Shown: positions 34,358 to 44,500 of the stretch, piece after piece
Layout of the letters: the number at the start of each line of letters is the position of its first letter
Position numbering within the stretch: the stretch's first letter is position 1
Origin: a virus
Taxonomy: Duplodnaviria > Caudoviricetes
Length of the DNA: 52,785 bases
Strand: one strand, 5' to 3'
Virus record (IMG/VR): IMGVR_UViG_3300046006_001177
Span: 1 to 52,785 of that record
Notes under the pieces: generated by a model
Seen by the model: only the letters and a program-made list of their open reading frames with translations
Databases searched by the model: none
Told to the model about the DNA's origin: nothing
Position numbers and translations under genes: made by a program

Positions 34358-35273
34358 GAACGTCATGGTGCTTGGCCACAAGGGGATGGTCGGCCGAGCG
34401 ATAGCCAGATTGTTGAAGCACAAAAAGTACAACGTCATGACCGCTGACCTAGACCTGCGTATGCAGACCAGCGTGTTCAAGATGTTCGCTGAGAAGCCGG
34501 ACTACGTCTTCATCTGCGCGGCGAAGGTCGGCGGCATCATGGCCAACAAGACATTCCCAGCAGACTTCCTGTACGACAACGCCATGATCGCGCTGAACGT
34601 GTTGCGTCTCGCGCATCAGGCAGGCATTGATAACGTCATGTTCTTGGGATCGTCCTGCATCTACCCGAAGATGGCACCGCAGCCGATCAAGGAAGAGTAC
34701 CTACTGACCGGCCTTCTGGAACCCACCAACGAAGCCTACGCGATTGCCAAGATCGCCGGCATCAAGATGTGTGAGGCGTACAACAAACAGTACGGTCGCA
34801 AGTACATCTCTGTCATGCCCACCAATCTCTACGGCGTGGGTGACAAGTACGACCTTCAGAACAGCCATGTCCTGCCTGCGCTGATCCGCAAGGCGTACGA
34901 GGCCAAGGCCAACGGCGATGACACCATGACCGTCTGGGGTACCGGCAACGCCCAGCGTGAGTTCTTGTACGTCGACGATCTGGCAGAAGCCTGTGTCCAC
35001 CTAATGGAGATCGGCTACGACGGCGGGCTGATCAACATCGGCACCGGCCAAGACGTCACCATCAAAGAACTTGCCACCCTGATCTGCAAGACCGTGGGCT
35101 TTCGGGGCAAGCTGGAGTTCGATGCCACCAAGCCTGACGGCACACCACGCAAGCTGCTGGATGTATCCAAGATCAACGAACTGGGATGGAAGGCTAGAAC
35201 CTCACTCGCCGATGGCGTGAACGAGACGTTCAAAGACTTCCTGCGTATGCACTTGATGAAGGGAGTTACATGA
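34350..35273 (+). CDS. fcl: GDP-L-fucose synthase
   Basis: [54 protein letters not shown]; TTG start after GGAGG. Confidence 0.94.
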   Translation: MHKNVMVLGHKGMVGRAIARLLKHKKYNVMTADLDLRMQTSVFKMFAEKPDYVFICAAKVGGIMANKTFPADFLYDNAMIALNVLRLAHQAGIDNVMFLGSSCIYPKMAPQPIKEEYLLTGLLEPTNEAYAIAKIAGIKMCEAYNKQYGRKYISVMPTNLYGVGDKYDLQNSHVLPALIRKAYEAKANGDDTMTVWGTGNAQREFLYVDDLAEACVHLMEIGYDGGLINIGTGQDVTIKELATLICKTVGFRGKLEFDATKPDGTPRKLLDVSKINELGWKARTSLADGVNETFKDFLRMHLMKGVT

Positions 35274-35983
35274 TCTCCGTTGCCGTAGTTACCAGCACAC
35301 AGGGCAGAGATACCCTGAGACAATGTATAGCCAGCGTTCAAACCCAAACTTATAAAGCTACCCACTATGTATTCGCCCATGGCAAAGAGCATTCCGACAA
35401 AGTCCAGTCTCTGGTATCGAGTGACACGGTCGCCGTCTACCTACCTTGCGCTAATGGCGGCGGTGGTCTTGCTATGGCTCCTGTATTTGCTGCTGCACCC
35501 TATCTCATCAACGAAGATCTCATCTTCTACCTCGACGACGACAACTACTACGACCCCGACCACATCGAGTCCCTCGTTGCGTTGATGCAGGATCACGACT
35601 TGGGCTGGGCGTACAGCCTGCGCAAGATCGTGGACAACGAAGGCGGCTACATCTGTGATGACAACTGCGAGTCACTGGGTATGCAGCCGAACGCCAGCGG
35701 ACATTACTTGGTAGACAACTCTTGCTACGCGGTCAGGGCAGACATCGCCCGCAAGCACAGCCATGCGTGGTACGTGCCGGTGGTATCTGACCGTTCGTTC
35801 CAAGCATCACTCATGCAGGCCAAGATCAAATGCGGCACTACTGGGAAGCACAGTGTGTCTTACAGACTATCTCACGACGGTTCAGGAGGAATGAGCAAAC
35901 AGGCTTTCATTAACAACAACGAGTTCATGCGTAGCAAGTTCACGGACTTCCCGTGGACGAAGCGACAAATCTGGAAATACTAG
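35270..35983 (+). CDS. GT2-like glycosyltransferase (237 aa)
   Basis: GR..L...I.SV..QT, FYLDDDNYY.PDH.ESL, WAYSLR, D...Y, DR.F. Confidence 0.85.
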   Translation: MISVAVVTSTQGRDTLRQCIASVQTQTYKATHYVFAHGKEHSDKVQSLVSSDTVAVYLPCANGGGGLAMAPVFAAAPYLINEDLIFYLDDDNYYDPDHIESLVALMQDHDLGWAYSLRKIVDNEGGYICDDNCESLGMQPNASGHYLVDNSCYAVRADIARKHSHAWYVPVVSDRSFQASLMQAKIKCGTTGKHSVSYRLSHDGSGGMSKQAFINNNEFMRSKFTDFPWTKRQIWKY

Positions 35984-35992
35984 GAGATCTAA

Positions 35993-36457
35993 ATGGAAAG
36001 AATTGTTCCGTTAAGCACAGAACGCATCGAAGCAAAGGTGGAAAAAATTCCAGAAGCAGGCTGTTGGATATGGACTGGAACAACCACGGTCAGGGGCTAT
36101 GGCCAAATTATTAGCAACAACAGGAAACACTACGCCCACAGGGCAAGTTACGAAGCATTTATCGGACCCATACCGGAAGGAATGAACGTTTGCCATGCTT
36201 GCGACAATGTTTATTGCGTCAACCCTGCCCATCTTTTCCTTGGCACCCAGAAACAAAACTTGGAAGACATGGCAAGAAAGAAAAGAAGCACTCTCGGAGA
36301 AAAAAATCCGATGGCGAAGTTAAGAAGCAAAGATGTCCAAGATATCAAACACCGCATCAATCTAGGAAATTCTGACTCCAAGATAGCTTTGGAGTTCAAT
36401 GTTTCTCGGCAAACAATTAACAACATTAAACATGGAAGGGTTTGGAAAAATGGCTAA
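35993..36457 (+). mobile_element. HNH homing endonuclease with C-terminal HTH (154 aa)
   Basis: CWIWTG..GYG..AHR.SY, VCHACDN..CVNP.HLFLGT...N..DM, IA..FNVS..TI..I; AT-rich. Confidence 0.88.
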
Positions 36458-37214
36458 ATTATTTGTCAGTACGCCAATGTATGGGGGCCAGTGCTTTGGC
36501 TACTTCGCGCAGTCCGTGATGACACTACAGAACATGCTGCGTGAGAACCGCGTGGACATGGCCTGCTCATTCCTGTTCAACGAGTCCCTGATCCAGCGGG
36601 CACGTAACGCACTGGTGCATGGTTTCCTGAAGACAGACTTCACCCACATGATGTTCATCGACGCGGACATCCACTTCAACCCGGCAGACGTGCTGCCCAT
36701 GCTGTTGTCAGACAAGCCAATCATCTGCGGCATTTATCCCAAGAAGGAGATCAACTGGACACAGGTTCATGCTGCTGCCGTGGCTGGTGTGCCACCGCAT
36801 GAGCTGCGCAAGTACAGCGGCTCCTTCGTGGTCAACCTGATTGACTACCAGAACGAGCAACGGGTAGAACTGGACAAGCCGGTAGAGATCTGGAACGGCG
36901 GCACTGGCTTCATGATGATCAAGCGCGAGGTCTTCGAGCAGCTGAAGGATCATGTGCCTACCTATGTCAACGACACCAATGACCTTGGTGGGAACATCGG
37001 CAACGAGCGTATCCATGAGTTCTTTGCTACCAGTATCGAACCGCTGGGCGAGCGCCTGCTGTCGGAGGACTACCACTTCTGCAAGATCTGGCGTGACAAG
37101 TGCGGCGGCACCGTCTGGGCGGCACCGTGGGCGCAGCTCGCACATATCGGTACTCACAAGTTCGACGGCATCCTGACAGAGAAGCCACAGATCCCTCAAC
37201 CACAAGAGGTGTAA
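36450..37214 (+). CDS. GT-A fold glycosyltransferase, paralog 2 (254 aa)
   Basis: Start moved to ATG 36450. VSTPMYGG, SLIQRARN, MFIDADI, CGIYPKK, GTGFMMI, SEDYHFC. Confidence 0.8.
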   Translation: MAKLFVSTPMYGGQCFGYFAQSVMTLQNMLRENRVDMACSFLFNESLIQRARNALVHGFLKTDFTHMMFIDADIHFNPADVLPMLLSDKPIICGIYPKKEINWTQVHAAAVAGVPPHELRKYSGSFVVNLIDYQNEQRVELDKPVEIWNGGTGFMMIKREVFEQLKDHVPTYVNDTNDLGGNIGNERIHEFFATSIEPLGERLLSEDYHFCKIWRDKCGGTVWAAPWAQLAHIGTHKFDGILTEKPQIPQPQEV

Positions 37215-38441
37215 ATGTTCGTACCCGGCAAAACCTATATCCCTGCCTCCGGCCAAGTGGTCGGAGATCGGGAGAAAGCGTTGATGCACGAAGCCGTCGA
37301 CCGTGGGTGGTTGACGGCGGGCGCCTTCAATCGCCAGTTGGAAGATGAGCTGACCAAGTTCCTCGGCTGCAAGGCCGTGCGTACCGTCAGCTCTGGCAGC
37401 TCCGCCAACCTGATCGCCTTCTCCGCCCTGACATCGCCAACCCTTGGCAACAGGGCTATCCAGAAGGGAGATGAGGTGATCACGGTTGCCTGCGGATTCC
37501 CGACCACCATCGCGCCGATCATCCAGTGCGGTGCCATCCCTGTGTTCTTGGATGTCAACAGTACGTTGAACATCGACACCCGTGAGCTGGAGAACGCGGT
37601 GACGAAGAAGACCAAGGCCATCATGATCGCCCACACGCTGGGCAATCCGTTCAACGTGGACGCAGTCAGGGCGCTAGCAGACAAGCACAAGCTATGGCTG
37701 ATAGAAGACTGCTGCGACGCGCTGGGCGCACGGTGGGGCAACCGCTACGTCGGCACGTTCGGCGACTTGGCCACGCTGTCTTTCTTCCCGGCGCACCACA
37801 TCACAACCGGTGAGGGCGGTGCTGTCATTATCAACAACACCAAACTCAGCCGATTGGTAGAGTCCTTCCGTGACTGGGGCAGAGACTGCTGGTGCGAGCC
37901 AGGACAGAACAACACCTGCAAGCGCCGGTTCGATCAACAGTTCGGAGAGTTGCCGTACGGGTATGACCACAAGTACGTGTACACACATCTGGGCTACAAC
38001 CTGCGGATCACCGAGCTACAGGCTGCCTGCGGCGTGGCACAGATGGAGAAGCTGCATCACTTCATCTCCACCCGTAAGTCCAACTACGGCTACCTGAAAG
38101 AGCGACTGACCGGAGAGGAGTTCTGGCTACCGGCTGTCTACCCAGAAGCAAGCCCAAGCTGGTTCGGGTTCCCGATCACGATCTCTCCGTCGGCCAACTT
38201 CACGCGGGATGAGTTGACCAAGTTCCTAGAGTCGCGCCAGATCGGATGCAGGCTGGTGTTTGCAGGCAACGCCATCAAGCAGCCGTTCATGCAAGGCCAG
38301 CGTTATCGCGTCCACGGCCTGCTGGAGAACACGGACTACATCATGAACAACACCTTCTGGCTGGGTGTGCAGCCTGCGCTGACAGAGGAGATGCTGTTAT
38401 ACGTCTGCGACACCATTGATGAGTTTATGGAAAGTCGCTGA
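37215..38441 (+). CDS. rfbH: NDP-4-keto-6-deoxyhexose 3-dehydrase (E1/RfbH/AscC)
   Basis: SGSSANL, AHTLGNPF, EDCCDALG, SFFPAHHITTGEGG (His in place of Schiff-base Lys), RDWGRDCWC.PG..NTC Fe-S motif, GYDHKY.Y...GYN. Confidence 0.93.
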   Translation: MFVPGKTYIPASGQVVGDREKALMHEAVDRGWLTAGAFNRQLEDELTKFLGCKAVRTVSSGSSANLIAFSALTSPTLGNRAIQKGDEVITVACGFPTTIAPIIQCGAIPVFLDVNSTLNIDTRELENAVTKKTKAIMIAHTLGNPFNVDAVRALADKHKLWLIEDCCDALGARWGNRYVGTFGDLATLSFFPAHHITTGEGGAVIINNTKLSRLVESFRDWGRDCWCEPGQNNTCKRRFDQQFGELPYGYDHKYVYTHLGYNLRITELQAACGVAQMEKLHHFISTRKSNYGYLKERLTGEEFWLPAVYPEASPSWFGFPITISPSANFTRDELTKFLESRQIGCRLVFAGNAIKQPFMQGQRYRVHGLLENTDYIMNNTFWLGVQPALTEEMLLYVCDTIDEFMESR

Positions 38442-39202
38442 TGGCAGAGCTAAAAGCAATCCAAGACATGGCCAAGAAGATCAGGATCGACAGCCTGAAG
38501 ATGGTTCATCGGGCGAAGGCATCCCACATCGGCAGCGCTCTGTCCTGTGCAGACATCTTGGCTGTTCTGTACTCAGACTTTGCCGAGGATAAGCTCATCC
38601 TGTCGAAAGGTCATGCCACCGTCGCCTTGTACGCAGCACTGAAGCACAGCGGCTACAACCTGAATCTGGAGGAGTACGGCCAGAACGGATCGCCGTTGAT
38701 GCACCACGCCAGCCACAAGGTGCCGGGTGTCGAATGGTCGACAGGCAGTCTTGGCCATGGTCTGCCAGTGGGTGTCGGAAAAGCGATAGCCAGTGATCAG
38801 CACAAAGTCCGCGTGCTGGTATCTGACGGTGAGCTACAGGAGGGCAGCAACTGGGAGGCCATCATGTTTGCTGCTCACCACAAGCTTAACAACCTGACCA
38901 TGATTGTGGACTACAACAATCTCCAGAGCATCACGACGGTGGATAAGACCCTGTCGCTAGAGCCACTGGACGCCAAGCTGCGGGCGTTTGGCTGGGATGT
39001 GCAGGACATCGACGGCCATGATCCTCGGTACATCTTCAAGGCGTTGATCCGTACGCTAGATGCCGAGAAGCCGACGGCCATCATCTGCCGCACCACCAAG
39101 GGCAAAGGCGTCTCCTTCATGGAGAACAAGGTGGAGTGGCACTACAAGTACCCCGATGAGCAGCAGTTGATCCAAGCCATTATGGAGATCGAGCATGCGT
39201 AA
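38441..39202 (+). CDS. transketolase-like, N-terminal TPP-binding subunit
   Basis: SHIGSALS, ILSKGHA, STGSLGHG, SDGE.QEGSNWEA, T.KGKGVSFME....WH. Confidence 0.92.
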   Translation: MAELKAIQDMAKKIRIDSLKMVHRAKASHIGSALSCADILAVLYSDFAEDKLILSKGHATVALYAALKHSGYNLNLEEYGQNGSPLMHHASHKVPGVEWSTGSLGHGLPVGVGKAIASDQHKVRVLVSDGELQEGSNWEAIMFAAHHKLNNLTMIVDYNNLQSITTVDKTLSLEPLDAKLRAFGWDVQDIDGHDPRYIFKALIRTLDAEKPTAIICRTTKGKGVSFMENKVEWHYKYPDEQQLIQAIMEIEHA

Positions 39203-40046
39203 CATCCTGATGGAAGAACTGACCATCGCCGCCGAGCGTGGTGATCCTGTCATGCTGATCACCGGCGACTTGGGCTGGGGCGTGGTAGAGGAGTTTGCCA
39301 AACGCTTTCCCAAGAACTTCATCAACGCTGGCGTGGCAGAGCAGAACATGATGGGCATGGCTGCTGGGCTAGCATCTGAGGGCTATCACGTCTTCGTCTA
39401 CAGCATCGGTAACTTTTCCACCTTCCGCTGTGCCGAGCAGATCAGGAACGACGTGGATTATCACAACGTGCCTGTGACGGTCGTGACAGTCGGCGGTGGT
39501 CTAGCCTACGGCAATCTGGGCTACAGCCATCACGCCGTGCAGGACTTTGCCTTGATGCGATCTATGCCCAACATGCTGATCGCCTCACCCTGCGATGACC
39601 TAGAAGCGCGGGCGTGTATCCAATACCTACTTGAGAATCCACAGCCCAGCTACCTGCGTCTTGGCCGAGGCGGGGAGAAGCAGATACACAAGAAGATGTA
39701 CAAGATGGCGCCAGGCAAGTGGTATCCCTTTGATGTCGTGGAGGGCGACAAAGCTTACGTGGCGCACGTATTCACAGGCACCCCGCCAGTCAGGCTAACA
39801 GCGCCGGGCGAGTACTACACCTGCCCGCTATGGGGTATGAAGTACAAGGAAGATCAAAGTTACATGGCGGGGGATTTTGAACACATCACCACCTACGAAG
39901 ATCATCTTGAAGACGGCGGGTTCGGCAGCTGGATGCTGGAGTCTTTGCACAAATGGGACATATCCGTTTCTGTGAAAGCACTGAACTCTAAGGTCTGCGG
40001 CATGGTCGGAGACAGAGAATACTTACTCAAACAGGGAGAGCTATGA
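39195..40046 (+). CDS. transketolase-like, pyrimidine-binding/C-terminal subunit
   Basis: GDLG, NAGVAEQNM.G.AAGLA, R.AEQIRND, G.SHHA, P.YLRL, EDH...GG.GS. Confidence 0.9.
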   Translation: MRNILMEELTIAAERGDPVMLITGDLGWGVVEEFAKRFPKNFINAGVAEQNMMGMAAGLASEGYHVFVYSIGNFSTFRCAEQIRNDVDYHNVPVTVVTVGGGLAYGNLGYSHHAVQDFALMRSMPNMLIASPCDDLEARACIQYLLENPQPSYLRLGRGGEKQIHKKMYKMAPGKWYPFDVVEGDKAYVAHVFTGTPPVRLTAPGEYYTCPLWGMKYKEDQSYMAGDFEHITTYEDHLEDGGFGSWMLESLHKWDISVSVKALNSKVCGMVGDREYLLKQGEL

Positions 40047-40954
40047 GAATCGTCATCATGGGTGCGGGGAGTACCGTTGCCAAAGACTTAATCACTTCTT
40101 TCAACGACGAGCATTTCCTAGAGCTGTTCTCGCGGGAGCCGTCTTCGGCATCACGTTGGATGGTGGAGAAGGGTTTTAAGAACTTCTTTGCCCGCCCGTA
40201 CGCTGACTTCAAATCACTGAAGGATGCGGACGTGATCATCAACTTCGTCGGCGCTGGTGACCCTGCGATGATCCAGCGGCTGGGCGCAGATATCTTCAAG
40301 ATCACGCAAACCTTTGACGAAATGGCGCTGGATTACATCAATCAGCACCGCGAGTGTAAGTACATTTTCATTAGCAGCGGGGCAGTCTTCGGGGACAACT
40401 TCCTGACCCCAGCAGATGCCAACAAGAACGCCATCATCCCGATCAACAACGTACAACCACAGCACTACTACGGTATCGCAAAGGCGCAGGCTGAGATCCG
40501 CCATCGCGTGACTGGCCGCAACATCATTGACCTGCGGCTGTACAACTACTTCAGCAGCACCTGCAACCTGAAGCAGCGGTTCATGATCAGCGACATCATC
40601 CGTGCCATCCAGACAAAGACAGTGTTCCAAGTCGACCGCAATAACATCATGCGCGACTACGTCGGACCGCTGGACTTCTACCAGATGATCTACGTGCTGA
40701 TGAATACCGGCCAGATCAACACGGCGATAGACTGCTACAGCAGACAGCCAGTGAGCAAGACATCACTGCTCACCACCATGGCAGAACGATATGGGCTAGA
40801 GTACGAGACTGTCGGAAACCTGACAGGCCTGTCTCCTACGGGTGTGAAACAGAATTACTACTCTACCAACACGGCAGCGTATGCACTGGGATACCGGCCA
40901 ACGCTGACCTCACTGGAGACGATCATCCTTGCTGCCGACAAAATCCTCAAGTAA
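40043..40954 (+). CDS. NAD-dependent epimerase/dehydratase/reductase (extended SDR)
   Basis: I.I.GA.S.VA, FISSGAV.G, YGIAK...E (YxxxK), LRL.N.F, RDYV. Confidence 0.82.
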   Translation: MRIVIMGAGSTVAKDLITSFNDEHFLELFSREPSSASRWMVEKGFKNFFARPYADFKSLKDADVIINFVGAGDPAMIQRLGADIFKITQTFDEMALDYINQHRECKYIFISSGAVFGDNFLTPADANKNAIIPINNVQPQHYYGIAKAQAEIRHRVTGRNIIDLRLYNYFSSTCNLKQRFMISDIIRAIQTKTVFQVDRNNIMRDYVGPLDFYQMIYVLMNTGQINTAIDCYSRQPVSKTSLLTTMAERYGLEYETVGNLTGLSPTGVKQNYYSTNTAAYALGYRPTLTSLETIILAADKILK

Positions 40955-41096
40955 GCCAGATCGGTGGTGCGGTACTTGCGGTAGCTTTCGTCGATATCCT
41001 GGCGGTTACTTCAAAGTACAGCGCAACCGCCGTCAGTGGCTATGTAAAGACTGCTACCTAAAATCGAGGCCAAAAAATGTGGTGCCCGACCTGTGA
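40929..41096 (+). CDS. 55-aa CxxC-CxxC zinc-finger protein
   Basis: Hand translation from TTG after GGAG: ...RWCGTCGSFR...GGYF.....RQWLCKDCY...; fills the otherwise empty gap. Confidence 0.55.
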   Translation: MLPTKSSSKPDRWCGTCGSFRRYPGGYFKVQRNRRQWLCKDCYLKSRPKNVVPDL

Positions 41097-41271
41097 CAAA
41101 CCTACGCAAGTGATAGACACCCGCAAGTTCCAAGATGTATCCCGCACGTTCGACTTTGTGGAGCGGCGACGGATCTGTCGCGAGTGCGGGTATCGTCACA
41201 AATCAATCGAAGTCCCGCAAGAGATATGGGATCTACACTACGACCCGGAGAAGATCATTGAAACCAGTTAA
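41077..41271 (+). CDS. NrdR-like zinc-ribbon protein (64 aa)
   Basis: M.CP.C...T.V.DTR......RRR.C..CG.R..S.E; GAGG RBS. Confidence 0.75.
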   Translation: MWCPTCDKPTQVIDTRKFQDVSRTFDFVERRRICRECGYRHKSIEVPQEIWDLHYDPEKIIETS

Positions 41272-41542
41272 GCAGTACATGAACGAAGTAGCCAACATAG
41301 GCTGCGTGCTGTGTCACCATCTTGGCTACGGGCATACGCCTGCTCATCTGCATCATCCCCGCGACGCTGTAGGCGGGGCGCAGCGGGCTTCTGACTGGCT
41401 AGTAATACCGCTCTGCCCTGAACATCATCAGGGATCGAGCGGCTATCACGGGCTAGGTAGCAAGGGCTTTTACACACGGTACAAGCTCACCGAGTGGGAT
41501 CTGATGGCCATGACTATCGAGAGGCTGCATACTGCTTCTTGA
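41258..41542 (+). CDS. Ref/DUF968-like HNH nuclease
   Basis: GC.LC......A.LHH.R...G..QRA....VIPLC.EHH....G.H; TTG start after GGAG. Confidence 0.75.
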   Translation: MKPVKQYMNEVANIGCVLCHHLGYGHTPAHLHHPRDAVGGAQRASDWLVIPLCPEHHQGSSGYHGLGSKGFYTRYKLTEWDLMAMTIERLHTAS

Positions 41543-44500
41543 CCTCTAGCCGCGACTCCTCCATCTGGCGGGCGATCTCACCGATCACCACCTTCAACCG
41601 GTCGATCTCTTCCTTCTTCTGAGCGCCAGACATGTTCTCGTCGTTACGAATATGCAGGATGGCCTGACGCATCTTTGCCATATCCTTGGACGCGTTATCG
41701 TAGAACTTGGCCATGGCGATCTTGTCACCCTTCTCCTTCAGGATCTCCTGCACTTTGTCCGCGTTGCCTAGCTGCGCGAAGTGGCGCATATCAGCGTAAG
41801 CCTGGGCGATCTCCTTGTTGTTCTCGTAGAACGCTGTAACGTACTTGGACTGCGTGGCTGGCAGCGTCTTGATAAAACCAGCAGACATGGTCTCAGTCCA
41901 GTTGTTATCAGGATACGCAGACTTTGAGAACGGCTGTACAGCGTAGTGCGACAACCATGAAGCAGTACCGCCTAACCAGCCTAGATAACCCTTGATGGCG
42001 TAGTCTGCCTGCACCGGAGATACCTCTGTGCTTTCCGGCAGGAAGACGTTGGTGACCTTGGATAGCGCGATGGCCAGCGGGCTAGTCTTCTCAGCAATAC
42101 GTTCTGCCTTAGACAGACGCTCCATACCAGCAGTCTCAATCGGTGCGCCTGTGAAGCTGTCCTTGTTAGCGTACAGATCTACCAGCGGTTTGATGACCTG
42201 CGGGATCGGGTTGATCGCAAAGGTGTCTGTCAGCATGCGCTTCAAGCTCTGCTCAAATACCTTGCCCTCTGCGCCTTGGTCAAAGATCTGCTCTGCTACG
42301 CGCTCAACCATCGTGCCAAATGCGCCAATCTCAAATGGCTTTGGAACTCGTACAGCAGCGTCCATACCGGGCAGCTTGAACCACCAGAAGTTATCCCGAT
42401 CCCACTGCTCGCGCTTTTTGAACTCCTCGTCATCCTTGAATGCCATGTACAACATCAAAGACGCTAGTGCCACAGCAGACATGACAATGCTGAACTGCTC
42501 TGCTTTCTGCTTGTCGGTTGCGCTGATGTCTTTGCCATTAACGGTGTTGTAGATCACCCGGCTGGTCGGCACGATGCCGTCACGGCCAAGCTTGTACAAA
42601 CCCTGCACGCGAGCATTCAAGAACGGGATGACCTGTGTGACCAAGCGGAAGGCAGGCCACGCACCTTGCATGGAGAAGTCCAGCAGATCGCGGGCGTAGA
42701 ACGATGCCTCAAGGTGGGTAAAATTCTCACCCGTCTTCGGATTAACCGTGTCTCGCAGCTGCTGGTACAGCGCCATACGGTTGGCAGATTCCGACTTGTT
42801 GCCCAGATCTTGGTAGGCAGTCCATGTCGTGCGCAGCGCGTTCGTTATCTTGCTCTTGTTATCAAGGATGTTCTCACCCTTGATGCCCTGATCCAGCAGC
42901 CGACGGATCATCTTTGACTGATCGCCTTCGTACGCAGAACCAAAGTTGAAGATGGCACCACCTGCCAGTGCTGAGATATGCGCAGGATTGTTGCGGTCAG
43001 ATGCCGCCCAGCCCTGAATCACGTTGGCAAACGGGTTGCGCTTCAAGTCTGATACTGCGATAGCCGAGATGGAATCACGGAACAAGTTGCGAATCTTGAA
43101 CGCTGGAGACAGCGTGACGCCAAATTGCAGCAGGTTCTTGAAGTCACGGGCGATGTCTAAGAACTTAGACTTCGGACCCATGTACCCAATAGACATGATG
43201 GATTCCAGCAGCAGCGGATCAGCTACTTCGAAGTACGCAGGCTTGCCGTCGATCATGGTCTGGATCTTGCCCTTGCCGCTGGTGGTGTACTCCGGCTTTA
43301 GCTTGCCGTCACCGATCATCTCGCCACTCTTGTCGCTGTAGACCTTGCCATCTTCCCAGCGCAGACCAACCTTCAGGTTCGGGAATGCTGCACCGACATC
43401 CATCGCCGCACGAATCGTGGCGTTAGCGGCTTCGTTCTTCATCGACGAAGACAGGATGTGGCTCCAGTTACGCAGGGTGTTTTCCATCAGATCGCCGAAC
43501 GGACGCTCACCGCCCTTCAGCGCCTTCGAGAAGTACTGGTTTACCAGTCCCGACTTGGTGGCCGCAGCCTGCACGTCGCCACCCTCATCCATCACCTTGT
43601 AGAACGGGATGTAGTTGATGTCGCGCCGGAAAATCTTGTACGCTTCTTTGTCAATCACGCCCTGCCGTAAGGCGATGCTTAGTACAGAACCGTTAAGCCT
43701 TTTCATGTCCCGCTGAACTTGCTCGTACACCTCTAGGCGTGACTTGTTACCGATCTTGCCAGCAGATAGTTCGTCACGGCGCTGCACCAACTCCTTCGAC
43801 ACAGACGGTGCTTTGCCTTTCCTTACAAGCTCGGCATCACGCTGCAACGCTACCCAGATCTGATACCGGTCTACCTCGTTACCCACAGGCTCTAGCGCCT
43901 GCATGAGTCCTTTGGTATTGGGCTTGATATCCAGAGCGCCGTTAGTCAGCTTGACCTGGCCGTTGAACAGGATGCCCTCCAGCGCCCCGTCGATTGTCTT
44001 GGACATGCGGGCTTTCATGTAAGCCTCTTCGCTGTAGTCCTTGATAGTACGGTACTGATCGGCTATGCCCTGTGCCAGACGCTGCCAGAAGCTGTCGCGC
44101 ATGCTGTCGATCTTCTGGATGATGTTCTTGTTCTGCGGGAAGAAAGTCTTGCTGATCTGCGACCAAACATCATCAGACACGCCATCGAAGCTAGGTGGCT
44201 TGTCCTTGGGTGCGCCCTCTTTCATGCGCTTCCACTTCTCTTCCAAGAAATCTTGGTTGCGCTTGGGCTCTTCATCCTTGGGAACGTCAGAGAAAGGCTC
44301 ACGCTCTTCAGAAACCTCCGGCGTAGACACGCCATACCTCGCACCGTACGAGGTGAACTGCTTGGCAATATCCTCTACTGGCACTTCCAGCGTTTCTTCC
44401 GACAGTGATACCAGACGCTCCAGCGCACTCTGCTCTGACCTGTTGATAGCAAGCAGGCGGCGGATAGCATCCACAAACCGCGTGAATGCGTTCTTGTCCT

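Noticed and set aside
35984-36460. Same recoded-duplication mechanism at the second HNH
   Set aside because: No duplicated peptide found on either side; it looks like a plain intergenic insertion.
36708-37634. 308-aa minus-strand ORF, and similar antisense ORFs across 33-47 kb
   Set aside because: Antisense to well-supported enzymes or virion genes; no motifs.
38441-40046. Transketolase as a pentose-phosphate auxiliary metabolic gene
   Set aside because: Short split form coupled between rfbH and an SDR, as in polysaccharide loci; no other PPP genes.
30915-40954. Host chromosomal O-antigen locus (prophage boundary or chimeric assembly)
   Set aside because: The genes overlap phage-type small ORFs and an HNH and are flanked by phage genes on both sides; no wzx, wzy or housekeeping genes.
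40955-41076. Possible tRNA or ncRNA in the gap after the SDR gene
   Set aside because: No cloverleaf or T-loop; better explained by a 55-aa zinc-finger ORF.
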